Shown here: positions 54,137-64,000 of the stretch, piece after piece | Layout: each line of letters begins with the position of its first letter | Numbering within the stretch: the first letter of the stretch is position 1 | DNA from: an uncultured Candidatus Binatia bacterium | GTDB taxonomy: Bacteria > Desulfobacterota > Binatia > UBA9968 > JAJDTQ01 | DNA length: 64,000 nt | Assembly (NCBI GenBank): GCA_965215605.1 | Contig: OZ244070.1 | Span: 2,272,001-2,336,000 of the forward strand | Reading direction: 5' to 3' | The notes under the pieces: generated by a model | Database searches by the model: none | Told to the model about the DNA's origin: nothing | The model's input: the letters and a program-made list of their open reading frames with translations, nothing else | Position numbers and translations under genes: made by a program

Positions 54137-54646
54137 ATGTTCCTGGCCCGAAAAATCGCTCGCGCCAAATGGGATGCGAAACGGAATATCGAGCGAGGGT
54201 TGGAAGAAGGAGAAATATCGGCTGACGCGGTGACCGGGGACCTGCGAACGCAAGAGGACACGCTATCCTTCTGGCGATGCTACACGGGAGCGAACGACGA
54301 CATAGAAGATGCTGCGTTGGCGATCGCTGCGGCCGGCGAACGTCTCGACAAACTCGATATCGTGTGGCTTGCCGATAACGAGTTGCAAGCGGACGGCCAT
54401 ACTCTGAAGGATACTAGGGGGCGAACGCCAGTCGCAGATCTCTCGGAGAAGCATGTCGACATCTGTAAGCTCGACTATGTCCGGCTAGGCAAGGTAGCTC
54501 AACGCGTGGCGGCGGCAATTGGGGAACAGCAGTTCCGCCGGCTTACGAAGGCGCGCGTAAGGGGGCTTCTGGTCGCGGCGGTACAACAGGGGCGTATCGT
54601 TCCGGACGATCTTGCCGACGATCTTCGAGCCGAGATCGGGCGATGA
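54137..54646 (+). CDS. Hypothetical protein, possibly ADP-ribosyltransferase/RES-like fold
   Basis: GGAGAG Shine-Dalgarno; ARKI..AKW, ADAVTGDLRT...LSFW, G.TP and H.DI segments. Confidence 0.65.
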   Translation: MFLARKIARAKWDAKRNIERGLEEGEISADAVTGDLRTQEDTLSFWRCYTGANDDIEDAALAIAAAGERLDKLDIVWLADNELQADGHTLKDTRGRTPVADLSEKHVDICKLDYVRLGKVAQRVAAAIGEQQFRRLTKARVRGLLVAAVQQGRIVPDDLADDLRAEIGR

Positions 54647-54694
54647 AGCTCCGGCCGGGAATACAGGGCTAGCGCGGGCGTATGGGAGAAGGCC

Positions 54695-55039
54695 ATGGCC
54701 AAGCTGAAATTCTATTACAAGAACACGTGAACGACGTGCCGCAAAGCAAGAAGTTTCTTGCAATCACAAGGCGCGGAGCTGGATGAGAGGGAGTACGGCA
54801 AGCAGCCGTTGACCGAGAAAGAGCTCGATTCCATCATCGGCGCCGGTCCGGTGAAGGATTTTCTCAACACGCGGACCTCGCTCTACCGCGAGCGGAAGAT
54901 GAAGGATAATCCTCCTACCCGGGAGGAAGCGATTCAGTTGATGCTCACCGACCAGAACCTCTTGCGGCGCCCGGTCACGGTCAAGGGCAACCACAAGGTC
55001 GCCGGTTTCGACGCGTCCGCGCTCAAGGCCCTGCTCTGA
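54695..55039 (+). CDS. ArsC/Spx/YffB-family protein, predicted selenoprotein (UxxC)
   Basis: GGAGAAGG Shine-Dalgarno, then MAKLKFYYKNT-TGA-TTCRKARSFL...LLRRP...GF in one frame; SECIS-like hairpin downstream of the TGA. Confidence 0.85.
54746..54761 (+). promoter_or_regulatory. Putative bacterial SECIS hairpin
   Basis: GCAAGA-AGTT-TCTTGC; the stem starts 15 nt after the in-frame TGA (54728-54730) and the apical loop contains GU. Confidence 0.65.
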
Positions 55040-55043
55040 CCAC

Positions 55044-55382
55044 ATGTCCGAGATCAGCTTCGACGATTTCCTGAAGGTTGACGTCCGTGTCGGCACCATC
55101 ACCCGGGTCGAACCCTTCCCCGAGGTGCGCAAACCGGCGTACAAGCTATTCGTGGATTTCGGCCCCGAGATCGGCGAGCGCAAGAGTTCCGCCCAGGTCA
55201 CCCATCACTACGCGGCGAAAGAACTGGTGGGCCAGCAGGTCGCCGCCGTGGTCAATTTCCCGCCCAAGCAGATCGGCCCGTTCCGCTCCGAGATCCTCGT
55301 GTTGGGCTTCCCCGACGCCGACGGCGAGGTGGTGATGATCGGGCCCAACCGCCCGGTGCCCGACGGCGGCAGGCTGTTCTAA
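55044..55382 (+). CDS. csaA: tRNA-binding protein / export chaperone CsaA
   Basis: FLKVDVRVGTI, RKPAYKL, KSSAQ, VVNFPPKQIG and SEILVLG motifs. Confidence 0.92.
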   Translation: MSEISFDDFLKVDVRVGTITRVEPFPEVRKPAYKLFVDFGPEIGERKSSAQVTHHYAAKELVGQQVAAVVNFPPKQIGPFRSEILVLGFPDADGEVVMIGPNRPVPDGGRLF

Positions 55383-55420
55383 AAAAAACCGCCCGCCCCG
55401 GATACGGGGCAGGCGGCTTT
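55381..55420. terminator. Intrinsic terminator between convergent csaA and thiC
   Basis: A8-CCGCCCGCCCCG-GATA-CGGGGCAGGCGG-CTTT; U8 tail on the minus strand. Confidence 0.8.
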
Positions 55421-55460
55421 CGTGCAGAAAATGACATGACGCCTCAGGCGCTCCGCTTCC

Positions 55461-57464
<2,004 letters not shown>

Positions 57465-57511
57465 TCAAGGTGGCGGCGGTACGCTCTTCCCCGCCGGGGC
57501 CCGGGACGGGG

Positions 57512-58066
57512 CTATTCCGAATCGTACTGGATGAGCGAGAACAGCTCTTGGTCGATCTTGTCGCGGGGGTTGAGGAAGGCGAGCTCGATGATGCAGGCGT
57601 GCTCGAAGATCGTGGCGCCGAGCTGTTCGACCAAGGCGGCGGCGGCTGTCGCCGTTCCCCCGGTGGCGACGAGGTCGTCCACCAGCAGTACCCGGGCGCC
57701 GGGGGCGAGGGCGTCGCTGTGCACTTCCAGGGTGTCGGAGCCGTACTCGAGCTCGTAGGTTGCCTGCAAGGTGTCGTAGGGGAGTTTTCCAGGCTTCCGG
57801 ATCACGCACAGGCCCTTGCCCAAGCGATAGGCAAGCGCCGCGCCGATGATGAACCCGCGGGATTCGACGCCCGCCACCGTGTCCACGGGAGCGTTCTCGT
57901 ATCGCTCGGCGAACAGGTCGATGGTCCTGCGGAACAGCGGTCCGTCACCGATCAGCGGCGTAATGTCCTTGAACACGATCCCGGGCTTGGGGAAGTCGTG
58001 AATGTCGCGAATGATGCCTCGAATCTCGGCGATGGTGTCGGTATGGGTGTCCCGGGCGCTGGTCAT
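57512..58066 (-). CDS. apt: Adenine phosphoribosyltransferase
   Basis: DFPKPGIVFKDIT, ESRGF, RKPGKLP, LEYG and VDDLVATGGT motifs. Confidence 0.96.
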   Translation of the reverse strand: MTSARDTHTDTIAEIRGIIRDIHDFPKPGIVFKDITPLIGDGPLFRRTIDLFAERYENAPVDTVAGVESRGFIIGAALAYRLGKGLCVIRKPGKLPYDTLQATYELEYGSDTLEVHSDALAPGARVLLVDDLVATGGTATAAAALVEQLGATIFEHACIIELAFLNPRDKIDQELFSLIQYDSE

Positions 58067-58086
58067 GGACGCTTCAGCTAACACAG

Positions 58087-59004
58087 TCAGGGCAAATAGG
58101 AAAGCGGGTCCCGGGCCACGTTGTTCCTGCGGATCTCGAAGTGAAGGTGCGGGGTGGTGACCCGTCCGGTGGCGCCCACCTCGGCGATGACCTGCCGCCG
58201 CGTCACCTTCTGCCCCTGCCGCACGAGGTTCTTGCGGTTGTGGGCGTAGACCGACGCATAGCCGCCCCGGTGGCGCACAATGATGAGGTTGCCGTAGCCG
58301 CGCAGCTCGTCGCTGTAGATCACCTGCCCCGGCAGCGTCGCGCGGACCGGGGTGCCGGAGGGCGCGGCGATGTCGATGCCGTCGTTGAGGCTGTCGTGCC
58401 GCGGGTCGAATCGTGCGGTGATCTTGCCCCGGACCGGCCAGGTGAACGGTTGCTGCCGCGAGCCCGGCCGCCGCGGCGCGGCGTGAGCCGTGCGGCGGGG
58501 AGACTTGGGGCTGGCGGCCCTGGCGGGAGAGTTCTTCACGGGAGCGGTCCTGGCAGGGGGACGCGTTCGGGGTGTGACCGCGGCGCGGGGCGCCTTTGCA
58601 GGTGCGGGCTTCACCGACGAGGGTTTTGGTGCGTCGCCGCGCGCGGCCCTTGCGGCGGGCGGGCTTTTCAAAGGCTCCTTGATGGGCGTGATGATCTCCA
58701 CGGGCAGCCGCCGGGTTGCGCCGGGAACGAACAGCCGGTGCCCGACCCGGAGGTCGCGCGCATCCGCGATGCGGTTGGCGCGAGCCAGCTTGACGTGGTG
58801 GATGCCGTACGCCTTGCCGATGCGGTAGAGGTTCTCGCCCTTCTTGACGACGTGGTGGATGCCGGTTTGCTGGGGAGCCTTCCGGGCAGGTTTCCTGGGA
58901 GCACGGCTGGTGCCGTCACGGTTGTCGACGTAAGTGCAACCGGCCAGGACAAGGAAGACGAGGATTTGGACCAGCCCGAGCGCGCGAGTGGCTATCCCGG
59001 CCAA
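58087..59004 (-). CDS. nlpD: LysM + M23 peptidase-domain lipoprotein (NlpD-like)
   Basis: TTG start after GGAGGT; lipobox LAGC; LysM (HVVKKGENLYRIG); Pro/Ala linker; M23 (NDGIDI, YAHN, HLHFEIR). Confidence 0.85.
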   Translation of the reverse strand: MAGIATRALGLVQILVFLVLAGCTYVDNRDGTSRAPRKPARKAPQQTGIHHVVKKGENLYRIGKAYGIHHVKLARANRIADARDLRVGHRLFVPGATRRLPVEIITPIKEPLKSPPAARAARGDAPKPSSVKPAPAKAPRAAVTPRTRPPARTAPVKNSPARAASPKSPRRTAHAAPRRPGSRQQPFTWPVRGKITARFDPRHDSLNDGIDIAAPSGTPVRATLPGQVIYSDELRGYGNLIIVRHRGGYASVYAHNRKNLVRQGQKVTRRQVIAEVGATGRVTTPHLHFEIRRNNVARDPLSYLP

Positions 59005-59663
59005 CCGTACCTCCCCAGAAGCTTCACGAACCGACACCCGCCGAGGTCCGTCTCTTCGAGGCCGGTGGGAGTCCGGACCGTGAGTTTGAGGGTCTGGGAC
59101 TGGTGGTCGCCGATGGGGACGATGAGCCTGCCGCCGGCCGCGAGTTGTTGGGCCAGCGGCGCCGGCACCTTCGGCGCTCCCGCGGCCACGACGATGGCAT
59201 CGTAGGGCGCGTGTTCCGACCATCCCAGGGTCCCGTCCCCCATGTGGATCGCCACGTTGTAGTAGCGCAACTCGTCCAGGCGAGTCCGCGCCTGCACCGC
59301 CAGTTCGCGGAGCTTCTCCACCGAGAAGACGTTCGTGCATAGTTCCGCGAGCAGTGCGGTCTGGTAGGCGGACCCCGTGCCGACCTCCAGCACGCGCTCA
59401 CCGCCCGTGAGCTTGAGGGCCTGCAACATGTAACCGACGATGTAGGGCTGGGAGATCGTCTGTTTCCCGCCGATGGGAAGCGGGTCGTCGTCGTAGGCGC
59501 GGTTCACCAGCGCCGGTTCCACGAAGATATGGCGCGGTACCTTGCGCATGGCCCGGATCACTCTCGGGTCGTGGACGCCGCGGTCGAGCAACTGGGTGCG
59601 GACCATCCGCTCCCTGGCGCCCTCGAACCCTGTGACGTTGTGGTTGTTGGAACTCCCGGCCAT
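58992..59663 (-). CDS. pcm: Protein-L-isoaspartate O-methyltransferase
   Basis: VPRHIFV, QTISQPY, VLEVGTGS and APYDAI motifs. Confidence 0.95.
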   Translation of the reverse strand: MAGSSNNHNVTGFEGARERMVRTQLLDRGVHDPRVIRAMRKVPRHIFVEPALVNRAYDDDPLPIGGKQTISQPYIVGYMLQALKLTGGERVLEVGTGSAYQTALLAELCTNVFSVEKLRELAVQARTRLDELRYYNVAIHMGDGTLGWSEHAPYDAIVVAAGAPKVPAPLAQQLAAGGRLIVPIGDHQSQTLKLTVRTPTGLEETDLGGCRFVKLLGRYGWPG

Positions 59664-59716
59664 TCGATCCGAGGTGACGGCCGCCGGTGACAGGCTGCCA
59701 AGGGTGTTGGTAAGAA

Positions 59717-59793
59717 TGGTCGGGGCGACTGGATTTGAACCAGCGACCACACGCACCCCAAGCGTGTGCGCTACCAGGCTGCGCTACGCCCCG
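59717..59793 (-). tRNA. tRNA-Pro (GGG)
   Basis: Reverse complement CGGGGCGTAGCGCAGCCTGGTAGCGCA-CACGC TTGGGGT GCGTG-...GTTCAAATCCAGTCGCCCCGACCA; 77 nt. Confidence 0.97.
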
Positions 59794-59890
59794 ACACTCA
59801 CTGCAAACTCTTAACACCCAACCGGCAGCGGGTCAATTCTAGCGTCGTGTCAGGTGTGGTTGGGGCGGCGCGGCAGAGTAGGCGCGGCTG

Positions 59891-60232
59891 TCAGGAGATC
59901 AGGTCCCGGAGCGAGATCAGGTCGTTCTTTATCCTGAGGAGGACTTCCTTTTGCTCTCCGGCGGGCTTTGTCGCTTCAGCGGCCGCATCCTGCTGCTTGA
60001 GCTTATTGCGGGCGCCTTCGATGGTGTACCCCTCGGTGTACAGCAGCCGTTTGATCTCCAGGAGCAATTCGATGTCCTCGCGCCGGTAGAGGCGGTGGCG
60101 GGACGGGGCCTTGTTGGGTGTAAGGATGTCGAATTCGGTTTCCCAGTAGCGCAGCACGTAGGGTTGCACGTCCAGAAGGGCGCTGACTTCGCCGATCTTG
60201 AAGTACAGCTTGTCGGGGATGACCACTACCAT
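59891..60232 (-). CDS. MerR-family HTH regulator (ihfA-linked)
   Basis: [23 protein letters not shown] and [12 protein letters not shown] motifs. Confidence 0.92.
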   Translation of the reverse strand: MVVVIPDKLYFKIGEVSALLDVQPYVLRYWETEFDILTPNKAPSRHRLYRREDIELLLEIKRLLYTEGYTIEGARNKLKQQDAAAEATKPAGEQKEVLLRIKNDLISLRDLIS

Positions 60233-60246
60233 GCCTCCGCATGGTA

Positions 60247-60564
60247 TCACGAAATGGCGAGTTTGTCGGAGTCCTCGATCTCGGCGGGGTCGGTGTTCAT
60301 GTGCTTCTTCAGGGTCTGGCTGGGCTTGAAGGTCAGCACCTTGCGGCCCGCGATGGTGATCTCTTCGCCGGTCTGGGGGTTCCGGCCCTTGCGGGGCTGC
60401 TTGCCGTGGATGACGAAGTTCCCGAATCCCGAGATCTTGACCTTGTCGCCCGTCTCCAGTCGAGACTTGATGATCTCGAAGGTAGCCTCGACGACATCGG
60501 TGGCCTCCTTCTTGGAGAAGCCCACCCTCTCGTAGATCCGATTGATGATATCGGCCTTGGTCAT
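60247..60564 (-). CDS. ihfA: Integration host factor subunit alpha
   Basis: [15 protein letters not shown] and [10 protein letters not shown] motifs; directly after pheT. Confidence 0.92.
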   Translation of the reverse strand: MTKADIINRIYERVGFSKKEATDVVEATFEIIKSRLETGDKVKISGFGNFVIHGKQPRKGRNPQTGEEITIAGRKVLTFKPSQTLKKHMNTDPAEIEDSDKLAIS

Positions 60565-60602
60565 GGTTGCCCTCCTCCGGGGCGCCTGCCGGCCAAGCTC
60601 CG

Positions 60603-63017
60603 CTATCGGAGCGTGGCGTCGAACGCCGCACAAAGCCGGCGGGTCAGGTCCTCATGCACGGAGTTGACCTCGTGATCGGTGAGGGTCCTCTCCGGCGATC
60701 TGTAAAAGACCTTGTACGCCAGACTCTTCTTTCCTTCCGTGATGGGAGCGCCGGTGTATTCGTCGAAGATATCCACTCGCTCGATGAGAGCCTGATCCAG
60801 CCTCCTGACCCAATCCATCACTGTGTGACTCGGGAAGTCTGCCGTCACGACGATGGCGAGGTCTCGCTCCACCGAGGGAAAACGGGGAATGGGACGCACC
60901 CTGAAATCTGGCCGAGCATAGTGAACGATGGCATCGAAGTCAAGCTCGAACAGGAAGCACGGGGGCAGGTCCAATTCCTCACGAACTCGCGGACTTATCT
61001 CGCCAACGTGGCCGACCTTCCCGTTCCCGGCGGAGACCGTGGCGAAGCCGCCGGGGTGCAGGACCGAGGGGGGAGTCTCGGCCGTCCACCGGGAATCGGG
61101 CCAGCCGGCGCCCTCCAGGAGATCCTCCACGATCCCTTTCATGTCGGCGAAGGTGAAGTCACGGCTTTCCACCTTGAGGCCGCGCCGTGGCCGGCGGCCG
61201 CGGATCAGGCCGGCGACGTTCATCCGTTCGGTGAACCCGCCGCCGTCCGCGAGCGAGAAGACCTTGTTGAGCTCGAAGATCATCGAGCTCTGGTTTCTCC
61301 GCTCGGCGTGGTCGTGCAGGTTTTCGATCAGCCCGGGGAGCAGGCTGAGGCGCATCTCGTCGGTTTCCTGGCGCAACGGGTTGGCGATCCTGACGGCCTT
61401 GCCCTCGCCGGCCCAGAGCCCGGAAAAGGTCCGGTTCATCTCCGGGGAGCAGAAGGGGGGGGTCACCACCTCGCTCAACCCCGCGGTGACGAGCAGTGAA
61501 CGGGTCTTCCGCATCCAGCGCAACAGCGTGTCGCCCTGTCCGGCGCCCATCCGCACCGCCGGCAGCGTGGCCGGTATCTTGTCGTAACCATGGATCCGCG
61601 CCAGCTCCTCGACGATGTCCGCCTCCCGGGTGAGGTCGAACCGAAACGAGGGCGGGCATACGACGAGGTCCTGTTCGGATGAACGCTTCAACTCGATGCC
61701 CAGGGACCGGATGATGCCGCGGATACGGTCCGGCGCCAACTCCACTCCGAGGGCGCGCTTGACGCTGGCGTACCGCAGGGTAATGTCGGGCGGCTTGCGC
61801 GCGCCGGGGTAGATGTCGGCGAAACCCTCCGCCACCCGGGCCTCGCCCATCTCCTCCCACAGGGCCACGGCCCGATCCATGGCGTAGCGCGTCCCTTCCG
61901 GATCCACGCCCCGTTCGAACCGGTGGGAGGCCTCGGTGTGCATCCCCATGCGTTTGGCCGTGCGCCGGATGGTCAGGGGGTCGAAGTGGGCGCTCTCCAG
62001 CAGCACGGATTCGGTCTCGTCGGTCACCTCGGAGCCCGCCCCGCCCATGACGCCGGCGAGGGCCGCGGGGGTGTCGCCGTCGCAGATCAGCAGGTCGTCG
62101 GGATGGAGCGCCCGTTCCGATCCGTCCAGGGTGGTCAGCGCGCGCGACTCGCCGGCGGTGCGGACCACAATACGCCGGCTGGCGATACTCTGCGCGTCGA
62201 AGGCGTGGAGGGGCTGGCCGGTCTCCAGCATCACGTAGTTGGTGACGTCCACGATGTGGTTGATGGAGCGGATGCCGCAGGCCTCGAGCCGGAAGCGGAG
62301 CCACGGCGGCGCCGGCGCCGGCCGGAGTCCGTGGATGAGGCGGGCCGAGTAGCGCGGGCACAGGTCCGGGTCCATGATCTGCACCGCTACCGGGATCGTC
62401 GGCGGGTGCTCGCGGAGATGGGCGGGGATGACGGGCGTCCGGAGCCTTCCTCCGGTCAGCGCGGCGATTTCCCGCGCCAGCCCCAGGACGCTGAGGCAGT
62501 CGCCGCGGTTGGGCGTGACGCTCACCTCCAGCATCCAGTCGTTCAGGGTCAGGTAGTCGTTCAGGGATGCGCCGGCGGGAGCGCCGGCGGGCAGCTCCAT
62601 GATGCCGCGGTGATCGTCGGAGAGCCCCAACTCCCTCTCGGAGCAGAGCATGCCTTCCGAGGGGATTCCCCGGATGGGGCGGCGCTCGATGGCCTGTCCC
62701 GACGGCAGCACGGAGCCCACTCGCAGGAACGCCGTCTTCATGCCCGCCCGGACGTTGGGGGCGCCGCACACGATGCGCAACGGCTCGCCCTGGTCATGGA
62801 TCTCGCACACCGACAGCCGGTCGGCGTCCGGATGGGGCTGGACGTCCCGCACCTCCACGACCACCGCGCCGGCGTCGTCCGCCAGCGGCTGGACCGCTTC
62901 CACCTCGAGGCCGGCGTGGGTCAGGCGATCGGCCAGCTCCTCGGGGCCGAACGATCCTCCGCCGGCCGCGTCCGGCCGCTCCACCAGCTCCATCAGCCAA
63001 TTGAAAGTCAACTTCAT
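60603..63017 (-). CDS. pheT: Phenylalanine-tRNA ligase beta subunit
   Basis: [37 protein letters not shown] and a C-terminal anticodon-binding domain. Confidence 0.97.
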   Translation of the reverse strand: MKLTFNWLMELVERPDAAGGGSFGPEELADRLTHAGLEVEAVQPLADDAGAVVVEVRDVQPHPDADRLSVCEIHDQGEPLRIVCGAPNVRAGMKTAFLRVGSVLPSGQAIERRPIRGIPSEGMLCSERELGLSDDHRGIMELPAGAPAGASLNDYLTLNDWMLEVSVTPNRGDCLSVLGLAREIAALTGGRLRTPVIPAHLREHPPTIPVAVQIMDPDLCPRYSARLIHGLRPAPAPPWLRFRLEACGIRSINHIVDVTNYVMLETGQPLHAFDAQSIASRRIVVRTAGESRALTTLDGSERALHPDDLLICDGDTPAALAGVMGGAGSEVTDETESVLLESAHFDPLTIRRTAKRMGMHTEASHRFERGVDPEGTRYAMDRAVALWEEMGEARVAEGFADIYPGARKPPDITLRYASVKRALGVELAPDRIRGIIRSLGIELKRSSEQDLVVCPPSFRFDLTREADIVEELARIHGYDKIPATLPAVRMGAGQGDTLLRWMRKTRSLLVTAGLSEVVTPPFCSPEMNRTFSGLWAGEGKAVRIANPLRQETDEMRLSLLPGLIENLHDHAERRNQSSMIFELNKVFSLADGGGFTERMNVAGLIRGRRPRRGLKVESRDFTFADMKGIVEDLLEGAGWPDSRWTAETPPSVLHPGGFATVSAGNGKVGHVGEISPRVREELDLPPCFLFELDFDAIVHYARPDFRVRPIPRFPSVERDLAIVVTADFPSHTVMDWVRRLDQALIERVDIFDEYTGAPITEGKKSLAYKVFYRSPERTLTDHEVNSVHEDLTRRLCAAFDATLR

Positions 63018-63110
63018 GATCGATTCGTAAACCGGGTGCGGGCAGTCCGCGCCGCGTTACCACCCGTTGTGGGGGCGGGTTTCAAACCGCGCTGAGTTCG
63101 ATTCAGGCTC

Positions 63111-64000
63111 CTACGGCGGAAACTGACTCAGGAAGCGGATGTCGTTCTGGAAGAACAGCCGGATGTCGTCCATGCCGTATTTCAGCATGGCGATGCGCTC
63201 CACGCCCATGCCGAACGCAAAACCGGAGAAGGCCTCGGCATCGTAGCCGACGAAGCCGAACACGTTGGGGTCGATCATTCCCGACCCGAGGATCTCGAGC
63301 CACCCGGACCCGCGGCACACCCGGCAATTGCCCGTGTCACGGGCGCCGCGGCAAAGGATGCAGCCGATGTCCACCTCGGCGCTGGGTTCGGTGAACGGGA
63401 AGAAGCTCGGGCGGAAGCGCACGCGCACGTCGTCCTGAAAGATCTGTTCGAGGAAATGGGTCAGCACCCCTTTCAGGTCCCCGAACGTGATGTCGTGGTC
63501 CACCATGAAGCCCTCCACCTGGTGGAACACGGGCGAGTGGGTGGCGTCGTCGTCGTGGCGGTAGACGGCGCCGGGCGCGATGATCTGCAAGGGCGGCCGG
63601 CGCTGCTCCATGACCCGGATTTGCACCGGCGAGGTGTGGGTGCGGAGCACGTGGCTATCCGACACGAAGAAGGTGTCCTGCATGTCGCGGGCCGGATGAT
63701 CCTTGGGAATGTTGAGCGCCTCGAAGTTGTGGTAGTCGTCCTCCACATCCGGCCCCCGGGCGATCTCGAATCCCATGCCGGTGAAGACGTCGATGATCTC
63801 GTCGGTGACCCGGGTGAGGGGATGGACGCGGCCCCGCTCCACGCGGTTTCCGGGCAGGGTGACGTCGAGGCGGGGAACCCCGTCCGGCAGGTCTTCCGGT
63901 CCGGCCCGGAGCTCCTTGAGGCGTGCTTCGAGAAGCTCCTCGAGCGCCGCCCGCCGCCGGTTCAACTCCTGTCCGGCCCGCGGCCGCTCCTCGGCCGGCA
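63111..64000 (-). CDS. pheS: Phenylalanine-tRNA ligase alpha subunit (5' end outside the window)
   Basis: HPARDMQDTF, LRTHTSPVQ, FRPSFFPFTEPS and GFAFGMGVER motifs. Confidence 0.97.
   Translation of the reverse strand, partial: PAEERPRAGQELNRRRAALEELLEARLKELRAGPEDLPDGVPRLDVTLPGNRVERGRVHPLTRVTDEIIDVFTGMGFEIARGPDVEDDYHNFEALNIPKDHPARDMQDTFFVSDSHVLRTHTSPVQIRVMEQRRPPLQIIAPGAVYRHDDDATHSPVFHQVEGFMVDHDITFGDLKGVLTHFLEQIFQDDVRVRFRPSFFPFTEPSAEVDIGCILCRGARDTGNCRVCRGSGWLEILGSGMIDPNVFGFVGYDAEAFSGFAFGMGVERIAMLKYGMDDIRLFFQNDIRFLSQFPP

Overview
High-GC bacterial chromosome segment. The housekeeping gene order (pheS-pheT-ihfA-merR-tRNA-Pro-pcm-nlpD-apt) and the F420, UbiD and amidohydrolase content would fit a deltaproteobacteria-like lineage such as Binatota; this is inference only. 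Housekeeping and metabolic genes: larC, bioF-bioA-bioD, clpB, hisC, a CNNM/CorC transporter, an F420 operon (cofG-H-D-C-E-npdG plus an amidohydrolase), two UbiD decarboxylases, two GSTs, a DUF1302-DUF1329-YCF48-RND operon, rlmE, glmU-glmS, hisI-hisG, cutA, csaA, thiC and three tRNAs. Accessory DNA: (1) a type I-E CRISPR-Cas island (33985-49261) with a Schlafen/AlbA_2-HATPase gene inside the cas operon, a DEDD exonuclease in frame with cas2 behind a single TAG, and a 35-repeat array split by an IS21 inserted in the middle of spacer 13; (2) a three-gene TIGR04255 / helical protein / ART-like cassette; (3) a lower-GC cassette at the 3' end of tRNA-Ala. Features missed by the ORF track: an ArsC/Spx-family selenoprotein (UxxC plus SECIS-like hairpin) and a 40-aa proline-rich ORF with attenuator-like hairpins ahead of the CNNM/CorC gene. 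No searches or folding programs were run, so family calls come from recognised motifs.
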